From NCBI GenBank assembly GCA_047285805.1, contig JBJBCN010000002.1, forward strand, positions 576,001 through 640,000: a stretch of 64,000 bases of DNA. The letters are read 5' to 3'. The first letter of the stretch is position 1; the number at the start of each line of letters is the position of its first letter. Both the position numbers and the translations under genes were made by a program. Below the pieces are notes generated by a model. It ran no database searches, was not told where the DNA came from, and saw nothing but the letters and a program-made list of their open reading frames with translations. This DNA is from Synechococcus sp. Its GTDB lineage: Bacteria > Cyanobacteriota > Cyanobacteriia > PCC-6307 > Cyanobiaceae. Shown piece by piece: positions 41,201-50,719 of the stretch.

Positions 41201-41752
41201 ATGGTTGCCCCGCTGGTGCTCGCGTCTGGAAATGATTTCCCGGGCTGGCAGTCCCTGAACGACACCATCATGGGTGGCCGAAGTCAAGGGGAGTGCACGG
41301 CCACCCATGATGGGTTGCTGATGGAGGCCATTGTCGAGCAGGAGGGAGGTGGCTTTGTCAGTTGCCGTTCACCGGTCTTAGAGCCGGCTCGCGATCTCTC
41401 TTCCTACGGTGCCCTCGAGCTTCAACTCGATGGGGATGGGCGTCGTTACAAACTCGCCATCGCCAGCCGGGATGGGGTCGGCGGTCTGACCGAGCTGATT
41501 CCCGGGGGCCTCCGCTGGGTTGCTGAGTTCTCAACTAGACCCAATGGCACCTCTGTCGTGAAGATTCCGTTCAATCGACTCACCCCAAGTGTTCGTGCGA
41601 CCCCCGTTGGCTTTCCGCTTCGTTTTGACCCGCGAGCGGTCACGCGGATCCAGGTGCTCCACTCCAAGTTTGGCGACTTAGGAGGTCGCAACCCTGGGTT
41701 CAGACCAGGCCCTCTGCGCCTCTTAATCCGCTCTATTCATGCGGTGGCCTAA
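41201..41752 (+). CDS. CIA30 family protein
   Basis: WQSLNDTIMGGRS, GGGFVSCR, GDGRRYK. Confidence 0.88.
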   Translation: MVAPLVLASGNDFPGWQSLNDTIMGGRSQGECTATHDGLLMEAIVEQEGGGFVSCRSPVLEPARDLSSYGALELQLDGDGRRYKLAIASRDGVGGLTELIPGGLRWVAEFSTRPNGTSVVKIPFNRLTPSVRATPVGFPLRFDPRAVTRIQVLHSKFGDLGGRNPGFRPGPLRLLIRSIHAVA

Positions 41753-41755
41753 CGA

Positions 41756-42139
41756 ATGGACGTTGAACCTCTGCTCAGTGAATTGGCGAAGGCGGCCGAT
41801 GTCTGCCTGAAGCCTTATCGCTATGCCCTTCGCTTCAGCGGTGAGCCCCCAGCCAAGGTGGGCGACTGCAGCGACTGTTGCCTGCTGATCGAGGCCCGTG
41901 ATGCCGAGGGTGTCCGTCACCCTGACCGAGATCTGGAGCTGGAAATCTACCGGAGTGGTGAGGAGTTGAACCTCATGCTGAGCATGGTGGCCGACGAGGA
42001 GGCGCCGATGCTCTGGCATGGCAGCCACCCCGTCTGGATGCAATCGAACTCCGGGGAACGCTGTGAGCGTCCCAGCGCCGGGGCCCCCCTCGAGGCCCTC
42101 TGCCGGCGCATCCGCGCCTTGATCGCCGGGGAGGCCTAG
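41756..42139 (+). CDS. Hypothetical protein, Cys-containing
   Basis: 127-aa ORF 3 bp after CIA30; [19 protein letters not shown]. Confidence 0.75.
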   Translation: MDVEPLLSELAKAADVCLKPYRYALRFSGEPPAKVGDCSDCCLLIEARDAEGVRHPDRDLELEIYRSGEELNLMLSMVADEEAPMLWHGSHPVWMQSNSGERCERPSAGAPLEALCRRIRALIAGEA

Positions 42140-43812
42140 AGGTCAGGCTGGTCCGTCACCGCACCCTTGCTGCTGGAGCTCACGAGCCGTGCGTATTTGC
42201 CCAGCACACCGGTGCGGTAGCGCAGCTCGGGCTTGGTCCAGGCGGTGCGACGGGCGGCCAATTCGGCCCCGTCCACGTTCAGCTGAATTAACAGCTGGTT
42301 GGCATCCACCGTGATGCTGTCCCCTTCTTGAATCAGACCAATCGTTCCTCCCACGGCGGCTTCAGGGGCGACGTGGCCGATGACGAGGCCATAAGAACCG
42401 CCCGAGAAGCGACCATCGGTGATCAGGGCCACCTTGTCGAGCAGGCCCTGGCCCACGATCGCGGAGGTCGGGGAGAGCATTTCTCGCATTCCCGGTCCAC
42501 CGACCGGTCCCTCGTTGCGGACAACCACCACATCGCCGGCGTTGATCTGCTTATCGAGGATCGCGTCGAGGCAGGTCTCTTCGCTCTCGAAAACCCGAGC
42601 GGGTCCAGTGATCACGGGGTTCTTGACGCCACTGATCTTGGCCACGGCACCCTCTTGGGCCAGGTTGCCTTTGAGAATCGCCAGGTGCCCCTTCGCATAG
42701 AGGGGGTTGCTCAGGGGCCGGATGACGTCTTGGTCGGCGGCAGGCACGGACGGCACATCAGCCAGCAGTTCATGCAGCGTCTTGCCTTCGATCGTTAGGC
42801 AATCGCCATGCAGCAGACCGGCATCCAGCAGCAGCTTCATCACCTGAGGGATGCCACCAGCCTGGTGAAGATCGACGGTCACATAACGGCCACTCGGTTT
42901 GAGATCGCAGATCACCGGAACGCGCTGGCGGATGCGCTCGAAGTCATCGATGCTCAGCTCCACCCCAGCGGTGCGTGCAATGGCCAAGAGGTGCAGCACG
43001 GAATTCGTGGATCCGCCCACGGCCATGATCACGCTGATGGCGTTCTCAAAGGCTTCCCGGGTCAGCAGATCCCGGGGGCGAATGTTGGCATTGATGGCCT
43101 CGACAAGAACCTCAGCACTCCGAGCTGCGCTGTCCGCTTTTTCGGGATCCTCGGCCGCCATGGTTGAGCTGTAGGGCAGGCTCAAACCCATGGTTTCGAT
43201 GGCCGCACTCATCGTGTTGGCCGTGAACATACCTCCACAGCTGCCTGCCCCTGGGCAGGCATTCTTCTCGATTTCGGTGAGACGCTCCTCGTCTATTTGG
43301 CCGCTGGTCAGCTGACCGACTGCCTCAAAAGCGCTGACCACTGTCAGATCGCAGCCGCCCAGTTTTCCGGGTTTGATCGTGCCGCCATAGACGAATACCG
43401 ATGGAATATTCATGCGCGCCATCGCCAACATTGCGCCGGGCATGTTCTTGTCGCAGCCGCCGACAGCCAGCACGCCGTCCATCGACTCGCCATTGCAGGC
43501 GGTCTCGATGGCGTCGGCGATGACTTCGCGGCTCACCAGGGAGTACTTCATCCCCTCGGTACCCATCGAAATACCGTCGCTGACGGTGATGGTGCCGAAC
43601 ATCTGAGGCATCGCCCCGGCCCCCAGAGCGGCCTGTTCGGCCCGTCGTGCCAGGTCGTTAAGGCCGATGTTGCATGGCGTGATAGTGCTGTAGCCGTTGG
43701 CGATGCCAATGATCGGCTTGTTGAAGTCAGCGTCTCCGAAACCGACAGCCCGCAACATGGCACGGTTGGGTGAGCGCTGAATGCCCTGGGTAATCGCGGC
43801 GGAGCGGAGCAT
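42136..43812 (-). CDS. ilvD: Dihydroxy-acid dehydratase
   Basis: [37 protein letters not shown]. Confidence 0.98.
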   Translation of the reverse strand: MLRSAAITQGIQRSPNRAMLRAVGFGDADFNKPIIGIANGYSTITPCNIGLNDLARRAEQAALGAGAMPQMFGTITVSDGISMGTEGMKYSLVSREVIADAIETACNGESMDGVLAVGGCDKNMPGAMLAMARMNIPSVFVYGGTIKPGKLGGCDLTVVSAFEAVGQLTSGQIDEERLTEIEKNACPGAGSCGGMFTANTMSAAIETMGLSLPYSSTMAAEDPEKADSAARSAEVLVEAINANIRPRDLLTREAFENAISVIMAVGGSTNSVLHLLAIARTAGVELSIDDFERIRQRVPVICDLKPSGRYVTVDLHQAGGIPQVMKLLLDAGLLHGDCLTIEGKTLHELLADVPSVPAADQDVIRPLSNPLYAKGHLAILKGNLAQEGAVAKISGVKNPVITGPARVFESEETCLDAILDKQINAGDVVVVRNEGPVGGPGMREMLSPTSAIVGQGLLDKVALITDGRFSGGSYGLVIGHVAPEAAVGGTIGLIQEGDSITVDANQLLIQLNVDGAELAARRTAWTKPELRYRTGVLGKYARLVSSSSKGAVTDQPDL

Positions 43813-43854
43813 GGCTGCTGCGTTGTCTACCCAGCAACCTACCGAGGAACCTGA

Positions 43855-44151
43855 TCAGCTCTGGGGGCTCAGCCCTTCGAGTTGTCGACGCACATCCTCG
43901 ATCGCTTGGTTCAGCTGTTGGACCTTGTCCTGGAGCTCATGCTCACGGACGACCGGACTATCGCTGTTGGGGTCGAAGACCTGATCGTCGTGGTCGGCCA
44001 GACGACTCAGGCGCAGGCTGCGTTGCTGCCGGGTCTGCTGTTGTTTCCGATCGGCTTCGGAATAGAGCCACCAGGCAAACCCGGCGGCACCGATCACTGC
44101 ACCAACCAAGAGGGTGCCCAGAGATCCGGAACCGCCATCTCGGTTTGACAT
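43855..44151 (-). CDS. Hypothetical membrane-anchored coiled-coil protein
   Basis: N-terminal LLVGAVIGAAG TM and C-terminal LQDKVQQLNQAIEDVRRQL. Confidence 0.75.
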   Translation of the reverse strand: MSNRDGGSGSLGTLLVGAVIGAAGFAWWLYSEADRKQQQTRQQRSLRLSRLADHDDQVFDPNSDSPVVREHELQDKVQQLNQAIEDVRRQLEGLSPQS

Positions 44152-44175
44152 TGCTGCAGAGCGCTCGAATGGACC

Positions 44176-44847
44176 TCAGCCTACGAAGCCTGACTGCGGC
44201 TTGCCATAGAGACGGTCACCCGCGTCACCCAATCCGGGAACGATCCGCAGCTGGTCGTCCAATTGAGCGTCGATGCAGCCGGTGTAGATCGTCAGATCGC
44301 TGTAGCGCTCACCCAGGGTTTTCAATCCAGGACTGGCGGCAAGAGCTGAAATCACACGGACCCGCTGACCTCTGACCCCTTTGCTCTCCAGCTGCTCGAG
44401 CGCATTTAGAAGCGTGCCGGCGCTGGCCACCATGGGGTCGAAGACCAGAACACCTGCATTGGCCGGGATGGATTCGGGCAAGCCGTTGAAGTAACAGCGG
44501 CAGCGGCCACTGGTCTCGTCCCGCTGCAGGCCCATATGGGCCACGGTGGCACTCGGAATAACGTTTTTGGCCCCGTCCCACAGCCCCAGGCCTGCCCTCA
44601 AGATCGGCACCGCCAGCAAGGGAATGGAGCCATCCACGACGATTCCTTCAGTCTGGGCGAGGGGTGTGGTCACCTGGATCCGCTGGTAGGGAATCCAGTC
44701 CCGCGTGGCCTCGTAGGTCAACCAACGCCCCAATTCGGCCATTGCCGTAGCAAACAAAGGTTGCGGGGTCTCCGCGTCACGGAGCAGGGTCAGCCAGTGG
44801 CCAATCAGGGGATGGGGCGGCACCACCACACGCAGGGTCTTGCTCAT
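44176..44847 (-). CDS. upp: Uracil phosphoribosyltransferase
   Basis: HPLIGHWLT, VPILRAGL, DPMVAS, IVPGLGDAGDR. Confidence 0.95.
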   Translation of the reverse strand: MSKTLRVVVPPHPLIGHWLTLLRDAETPQPLFATAMAELGRWLTYEATRDWIPYQRIQVTTPLAQTEGIVVDGSIPLLAVPILRAGLGLWDGAKNVIPSATVAHMGLQRDETSGRCRCYFNGLPESIPANAGVLVFDPMVASAGTLLNALEQLESKGVRGQRVRVISALAASPGLKTLGERYSDLTIYTGCIDAQLDDQLRIVPGLGDAGDRLYGKPQSGFVG

Positions 44848-44902
44848 CGGTCGCGCTCCGGTGTCCGCCTGCAATAACTTGATCGCCCAAGTTAAAGCTG
44901 CA

Positions 44903-45418
44903 GTGCGGAACCTCGTCGCCAGATGGCTGAGCTCCATCGCCATTGTTATGGCACTCCACCTGACGCTCTTGTTGCCAGCTCCTGAGCCGGCATTTGCAAT
45001 CACGGCTCCCGAATTGCGTGGGCAACGCAGTGCTCAAGATCTCCAACCGGACATGCATGGCCGAAACCTTCAGCAGCAAGAGTTCCTGAAGGCCTCAATG
45101 GAGGGATTTGACCTCAGCGAGACCGACCTACGCGGAGCGGTCTTCAACACCGCCAATCTCCAAAACGCGAACCTTTCTGCGGCCGATCTGGAGGACGCCG
45201 TGGCCTTCGCCACGCGTTTCGACAGCGCTGATCTAAGCGGTGCTGTCTTCCGCAACGCCATGTTGATGAACAGTAAGTTCACTGGCGCACAGATCGAGGG
45301 AACCGACTTCACCGATGCGGTCCTCGACCTACCCCAGCAAAAAGCGTTGTGTGCCCGGGCTAGTGGCATTAACCCACGCACCGGTGTTGAGACTCGCGAA
45401 AGCCTGGCCTGTCGCTGA
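44903..45418 (+). CDS. Pentapeptide repeat protein, probably thylakoid lumen
   Basis: Signal peptide, A(D/N)Lxx repeats, LCARASGINPRTGVETRESLAC terminus; start approximate. Confidence 0.88.
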   Translation: MRNLVARWLSSIAIVMALHLTLLLPAPEPAFAITAPELRGQRSAQDLQPDMHGRNLQQQEFLKASMEGFDLSETDLRGAVFNTANLQNANLSAADLEDAVAFATRFDSADLSGAVFRNAMLMNSKFTGAQIEGTDFTDAVLDLPQQKALCARASGINPRTGVETRESLACR

Positions 45419-45431
45419 TCAGCTATTAGTC

Positions 45432-45560
45432 TCAGGGCTCCGGTTCTTCGGGGGATCAGCCCGGAGAGGAAACGGGGAAAGTCCGGTGTAATTCCGGCGC
45501 TGTCCCGCAGCTGTGAAGAATCCTGCCTCAGGGATTCCAGTCAGAACGCCCGCCGGTGAA
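45432..45560 (+). ncRNA. Cobalamin (B12) riboswitch
   Basis: GGAAACGGGGAAAGTCCGGTGTAATTCCGGCGCTGTCCCGCAGCTGTGA core and CAGTCAGAACGCCCGCC B12 box, upstream of hupE/ureJ. Confidence 0.92.
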
Positions 45561-45593
45561 AACCCCACTTTCTGGCGCGGACCAGTTCTGTTG

Positions 45594-46175
45594 ATGTTGA
45601 AGCATTTTGGAGCGGCTGCACTCCTTGTGACCGCTGGCCCTGCCCTGGCCCACCACCCGATGGAATCCCTCGCGTTAGAACCGTCGGCAGTCAGCGGCCT
45701 TCTCAGTGGCCTGGCCCACCCGCTTCTAGGGCCCGATCACCTTCTCTTCCTGTTGGCACTGGCTCTGGTCGGTCTGAAGCGCTCCATGGGCTGGACCCTG
45801 GGCCTACTGGCCGTTGGTCTGGCGTCTAGTGCGGTCGGTCTTTGGCTCCCGGGTCTGCCCGCTGCCGAGGCCTTGGTTTCACTCTCGCTGGTGCTGGAAG
45901 GCCTGGTGATTGCCCGACGCCTCCCGACCCTGACGTTGATCCCCGCCTTTGCGCTCCACGGCTACGTCCTAAGTGCATCGGTGATTGGTTGGGAGTCCAC
46001 TCCCATCGCCTTCTATCTATTGGGGTTGCTGCTCAGCCAGGCCCTCTTGCTGGCGGCTTCCCTAGTGGCTCTGCACCGTCTGACTCTTGATCTGCAACCC
46101 GCCACGAAGATCGCCCTCGCTGGTGTGCTTGGGGGCATTGGTGCGGCCTTTACCTGGACGGCCCTCGTCGCCTGA
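45594..46175 (+). CDS. HupE/UreJ family Co/Ni transporter
   Basis: Signal peptide ALAHHPM, GLLSGLAHPLLGPDHL, ALHGY. Confidence 0.9.
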   Translation: MLKHFGAAALLVTAGPALAHHPMESLALEPSAVSGLLSGLAHPLLGPDHLLFLLALALVGLKRSMGWTLGLLAVGLASSAVGLWLPGLPAAEALVSLSLVLEGLVIARRLPTLTLIPAFALHGYVLSASVIGWESTPIAFYLLGLLLSQALLLAASLVALHRLTLDLQPATKIALAGVLGGIGAAFTWTALVA

Positions 46176-46177
46176 TC

Positions 46178-47215
46178 ATGATCACGGAACCTGCCTCACG
46201 CCTTCCGGTCACAGTGGTGACGGGGTTCCTGGGCGCCGGTAAATCCACTCTTCTGCGTCAGCTGCTTCTCTCGAGTGGCCTGCGCATCGCCGTTCTGGTG
46301 AACGAGTTCGGTGAAGTTGGCATCGATGGTGATTTGATCCGCAGCTGCGGCTTTTGCCCCGAGGAGGAGCTAGACGGCCGCGTCGTGGAACTGGCCAATG
46401 GCTGCCTCTGCTGCACCGTCCAGGACGAGTTCCTTCCGGTGATGCAGCAGCTCCTCCAGCGGTCCGATCAACTGGATGGAATCGTCGTCGAAACCAGCGG
46501 TCTAGCCTTGCCTCTTCCGTTGGTCCAGGCCTTTCGCTGGCCTGAGATCCGAACCCGAACCCGTGTTACCGGCGTGGTGACCGTGGTCGATGGTGAAGCC
46601 CTCAGCAGCGGCAGTGTTGTTGCCGACCCGGCGGCCCTCGAGGCCCAGCGTAAGGCCGATCCCAGCCTGGATCACCTCAGTGACATCAACTCCCTCTTTG
46701 AGGATCAACTGGGCGCCGCCGATCTAGTGCTGATCAGCCGGGCGGATTGCCTGAATGAGGTGGAGATTCAAGCCTTGAAAAGCCGCTTATGCGCGCAGCT
46801 CCGCCAGGGGGTCTCGGTCTTGCCTATGGCGCGGGGCAATGTTCCTGCTGCGCTGCTCATGGGCCTCGATCGTCCTGAAGAAAACGAGCATCATCACGAT
46901 CATCACGACCACAGCCATGTGGCGATGGAGTCGGCGTCGCTGAACTGGGAAGGGACCACCAGCAAGGCGCATTTAGAAACACTGCTCCCAGAGCTGATCG
47001 CCACGCACCGTTTGCTAAGGCTCAAGGGTCGGGCCTGGCTGCCTGGCAAGAGCCATCCCCTTCAGATCCAAGCGGTGGGGCCCAGGCTGGAGTGTTGGTT
47101 TGACAGCAACTCCCGTTTGGACCGTCCCAGCACCGACGGGCTAGAACTTGTTGCGCTCGGCTTGTCCCTCGATGCATCTGGGATTCAGGAGCAATTGAAG
47201 GGCGGCTTGGCTTAA
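46178..47215 (+). CDS. cobW: CobW (COG0523) cobalt chaperone GTPase
   Basis: GFLGAGKST, NEFG, ELANGCLCCT, ETSGLA, His-rich HHHDHHDHSH. Confidence 0.92.
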   Translation: MITEPASRLPVTVVTGFLGAGKSTLLRQLLLSSGLRIAVLVNEFGEVGIDGDLIRSCGFCPEEELDGRVVELANGCLCCTVQDEFLPVMQQLLQRSDQLDGIVVETSGLALPLPLVQAFRWPEIRTRTRVTGVVTVVDGEALSSGSVVADPAALEAQRKADPSLDHLSDINSLFEDQLGAADLVLISRADCLNEVEIQALKSRLCAQLRQGVSVLPMARGNVPAALLMGLDRPEENEHHHDHHDHSHVAMESASLNWEGTTSKAHLETLLPELIATHRLLRLKGRAWLPGKSHPLQIQAVGPRLECWFDSNSRLDRPSTDGLELVALGLSLDASGIQEQLKGGLA

Positions 47216-47542
47216 TCCAGCGGCAGGTTTCCCCTGGTGCAGACCATGTCCCAGAAGAGAGCCTGTTGTCTGGTCCAGCCTGGAAAAACCTCTCGCGGGT
47301 CCCCGAACGCCTCTTGGAGTTCGATGGATCCCCGTCCGTAATGGCGGAAATCAAAGCGGCGCTATCCCACCTGGAGCCACCAGTGCTCCACGATGCGCTC
47401 AACGGTCATGGTGCACGGATGCCATCGCCAGGCAGGCATCGAGCTGGCATTCCAGAGGTACGGAGAAGGGTTCACGGGCTTGGGCAGTCGCTTGTGCAGC
47501 CCAAGCCATGGAGGCCAGCCTGAACATTGGCAAGGGATTCAT
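47212..47542 (-). pseudogene. Disrupted small secreted hypothetical protein
   Basis: Signal peptide plus PLECQLD in one frame, then WHPCTMTVERIVEHWWLQVG*RRFDFRHYGRG...WDMVCTRGNLPLD in another; GGCA tandem duplication at 47431-47438 and TAG at 47362-47364. Confidence 0.7.
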
Positions 47543-47642
47543 TCGGCTCACGGCAACCCTTGGGGCCATCTCCGACCTGTCCAGCCCGAGGATCCCCGTC
47601 GGCCGGCCTGCCAAGATTTAACAAACCCCACCTAAAGCTCAG

Positions 47643-47912
47643 GTGCCCGTCTTCTCTGCCCGTGTGTTGGTCTCCCTGAGGCCCTCCGTGCTCGATCCCG
47701 CTGGTGAAGCCACCCGAGCCGCTGCCTCCCGCCTGGGTGTGGATGGCATTAGCAAGCTGCGCATCGGCAAGGCCATTGAAGTGGAGCTGAATGCTCCCGA
47801 CGCCCAGAGTGCGCGGCAGCAGTTGGAACTCCTCAGTGATCGGCTCCTGGCCAATCCCGTAATCGAGGATTGGGACCTCGAGCTGAAGGACGACTCCAAC
47901 GCAGGAGCCTGA
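47643..47912 (+). CDS. purS: FGAM synthase subunit PurS
   Basis: LRPSVLDPAG, LRIGK, LLANPVIE. Confidence 0.95.
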   Translation: MPVFSARVLVSLRPSVLDPAGEATRAAASRLGVDGISKLRIGKAIEVELNAPDAQSARQQLELLSDRLLANPVIEDWDLELKDDSNAGA

Positions 47913-47915
47913 GCC

Positions 47916-48569
47916 ATGACCCTCGGCGTCGTCGTCTTTCCTGGTTCCAACTGTGACCGGGATGTTCAGTGGGCTGCCCAGGGCTGCCTCGGGATAGAAA
48001 CGCGTTTCCTCTGGCATGAGGAACGTGACCTGAGTGGTCTTGATGCGGTGGTGATCCCTGGCGGGTTCAGCTACGGCGACTATCTCCGCTGCGGCGCCAT
48101 CGCCCGCTTTGCCCCGCTTCTAGAGGAGGTGGTCGCGTTTGCCAATCGCGGAGGTCGCGTGCTGGGGATCTGCAACGGCTTCCAGGTCCTAACGGAGATA
48201 GGACTGTTGCCGGGGGCTCTGACCCGCAACGAGAAACTGCACTTCGTCTGCGAACCGACGGATCTGCGGGTTGAACCGGGGCAGTGCAGCTGGCTCCAGG
48301 GCTATAGCAGCGGTGAGGTGGTGAATTTCCCCATCGCCCATGGCGAGGGCCGATACCAGGCAGATCAGGACCAACTCAAAGCCCTTGAGGATCAGGGCCA
48401 AGTGGTTTTGCGTTACTGCCGCAACCCCAATGGTTCCGTGGCGGATGTGGCTGGCCTGACCAATGCTCAGGGCAATGTTCTTGGTCTGATGCCCCACCCG
48501 GAGCGGGCCTGCGACCCAGCCACCGGTGGTGTTGATGGTCGACGCCTGTTGGCCAGCCTATTGGGATGA
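47916..48569 (+). CDS. purQ: FGAM synthase glutaminase subunit PurQ
   Basis: [35 protein letters not shown]. Confidence 0.97.
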   Translation: MTLGVVVFPGSNCDRDVQWAAQGCLGIETRFLWHEERDLSGLDAVVIPGGFSYGDYLRCGAIARFAPLLEEVVAFANRGGRVLGICNGFQVLTEIGLLPGALTRNEKLHFVCEPTDLRVEPGQCSWLQGYSSGEVVNFPIAHGEGRYQADQDQLKALEDQGQVVLRYCRNPNGSVADVAGLTNAQGNVLGLMPHPERACDPATGGVDGRRLLASLLG

Positions 48570-49533
48570 CCCTGTGGCGGCGCCGTGAGCTCCTGCTTTG
48601 GTCGCTAACGGCCGCCGCTCCTCTCTCTGCCATTGCCAGTTCAGTCGGCGGCCAAGCCAGCCCGGCCCCGCTCAAGTGGGGTGCGCGGATTGCAGCCCTG
48701 GTGCCAGGCACCTGGATGGAGCGCGCTGATCCCATGCTCGAGCAGCTGCGACTCCGCTGTCAGCAGCAGGGCTGGTTTTTGCTGACTCCCCCTGAGCTCA
48801 CCGGTCAGTGGCGCTGGTTTTCCGGGACTGATCAGCAACGCGCTGCTGCACTCCGGCAGGCCTGGCTGGATTCCTCGATCGATGCACTGTTCCTGGTGGG
48901 AGCCGGCTGGGGCAGCGCTCGGGTTCTTGAGAAGGGATGGACGATTCCGCCACGGCCTCTCTGGTGCGTCGGCTTCTCTGACTGTTCAGCACTGCTCCTG
49001 GCTCAGTTGGCGTGGGTAGCTCAGGCGGGATCCATGGCTCGTTTGGTGGTTCCAGGGATCAGTGGCAGCGTCTCGTTGCTCTCCTGATGGGTGCCCCTGT
49101 GCCCTCGCTTGACGGCGTTGGGGTGCGGTCAAGGGTGGCCGAAGGATCGCTAGTGGTGAGCAACCTCAAGATGGTCACGAGCTTGATCGTGACACCCTGG
49201 CTTCCATCTCTCCAGGGAACGGTCTTGGTCCTTGAAGACACCGGTGAGGCGCCATACCGGATCAATCGTCAGCTCACCCAATGGAGAGCGGCTGGCCTTC
49301 TGGATGAGGTCCGGGGAATTGGTTTGGGTCGTTTCTCTTGGGCCGAGGACGATGTCCTATCCGGAGACTTCTCGATGGCCGAGATCCTGGCGGAACGCTT
49401 GGGGAGCTTGGGCCTTCCGATCGTGAAGGATCTGCCCGTTGGCCATGGCCGCCCCAAGCTGGCGCTGCCGCTCGGTGTTCAGGAGCTGCTGGATGGTCGC
49501 ACTGCGGAGCTCAGCTTGTTTCGCGCGGATTGA
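48566..49533 (+). pseudogene. Frameshifted LD-carboxypeptidase (S66 family)
   Basis: N-half (GFSD nucleophile) in 48566-49087; C-half (LEDTGE, PVGHG) in 49012-49533; frame switch near 49010. Confidence 0.8.
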
Positions 49534-49540
49534 CCAGCAC

Positions 49541-49563
49541 AAAAAAAGGGACCCTTAGGTCCC
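49541..49563 (-). terminator. Rho-independent terminator of peroxiredoxin
   Basis: Minus strand GGGACC-TAAG-GGTCCC then T7. Confidence 0.8.
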
Positions 49564-49586
49564 TAGATCAATGTTCAAAGCGCAGC

Positions 49587-50177
49587 TCAGTTGACGGCAG
49601 CGAAGAACTCTTTGCTCTTCACGGGGTCAGGGTTCATGGTCTTCTCGCCGGGGGTCCAGTTGGCGGGGCAGACCTCGTCGGGGTGGTTGCGGATGTGCTG
49701 GAAAGCCTGCAGCAGGCGCAGGGTCTCATCAACACTACGGCCGACGGGCAGGTTGTTGATGGTGCTCTGCATGATCACACCATCGGGATCGATGATGAAT
49801 AGGCCGCGCAGGGCCACACCTGCGTCCTCGTCGAGGACTTCGTAGGAGCGGGCGATGTCCTTCTTCAGGTCAGCAACCAGGGGATAGTCGATGTCGCCCA
49901 GGCCACCGTTTTTACGGTCGGTCTGAACCCAAGCCAGGTGGGAGAACTGGCTGTCCACTGACACGCCTAGCACTTCGCAGTTGCGGCTCGAGAACTCGCT
50001 GTAGCGGTCGGAGAAAGCGGTGATCTCCGTCGGGCAAACGAAGGTGAAGTCGAGGGGGTAGAAGAAGAGCACCACGTACTTGCCGCGGTACGAGGAGAGG
50101 GTCACCTCCTTGAATTCCTGATCCACCACAGCAGTGGCGGTGAAATCAGGAGCTTGAAGACCGACGAGCCTCGACAT
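49587..50177 (-). CDS. 2-Cys peroxiredoxin (AhpC/TSA)
   Basis: [24 protein letters not shown]. Confidence 0.97.
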   Translation of the reverse strand: MSRLVGLQAPDFTATAVVDQEFKEVTLSSYRGKYVVLFFYPLDFTFVCPTEITAFSDRYSEFSSRNCEVLGVSVDSQFSHLAWVQTDRKNGGLGDIDYPLVADLKKDIARSYEVLDEDAGVALRGLFIIDPDGVIMQSTINNLPVGRSVDETLRLLQAFQHIRNHPDEVCPANWTPGEKTMNPDPVKSKEFFAAVN

Positions 50178-50330
50178 AGTCAGTGAGATGAGTGTTGGAG
50201 ACAGGGAATACGAGTTGGATTTTGCTTAATGCGAACCCGAATCGACTTCCAGTTGACACCGCAACAATTTATCACGCTCCAACAGGTGGCGTGCTCCCTC
50301 ATAGGCTGTGGGCACTAAGAACAAGCGCTT

Positions 50331-50639
50331 ATGGCTTGGGATCCCTCGCTACTGCGGAAATACAACACCACTGGTCATTTTCGTCTGCTGAACCAGCTAC
50401 GTGGCGAGCTCAAGGACCAACCGATCCAGCGTCCTCTCTCCACCAGTCGGCCTGAGCCAAGCCGCCGCAACCAAGTTCGTCGCCGCAGCGAATCCGATCA
50501 ACAGGGCGGTGCTTCCCTGCGAGCCACGGAAAATCGCATGCGTCGCCAGCCCGAGCCACAGCAACCCGCCATCGCGAGCTTTGACCCGATTGTGACCGTC
50601 CCCGTTCTGCTGGACGCGTTTCAAGAAACCGATACCTAA
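50331..50639 (+). CDS. Hypothetical protein
   Basis: MAWDPSLLRKYNTTGHFRLLNQLRGEL N-terminus recalled as a cyanobacterial conserved hypothetical; low-complexity tail. Confidence 0.7.
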   Translation: MAWDPSLLRKYNTTGHFRLLNQLRGELKDQPIQRPLSTSRPEPSRRNQVRRRSESDQQGGASLRATENRMRRQPEPQQPAIASFDPIVTVPVLLDAFQETDT

Positions 50640-50719
50640 GTAGCGCCATTGGTCCAAGCCGAGGCGATCGTTACAAAGCCTGTTCTTCCTTCATAAATGG
50701 CAGCTCGCTCAGTTATTGG

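Noticed and set aside
45060..45330. Repetitive DNA as a possible array
   Set aside because: Explained by pentapeptide-repeat coding; no CRISPR-like repeat-spacer structure was seen anywhere in the window.
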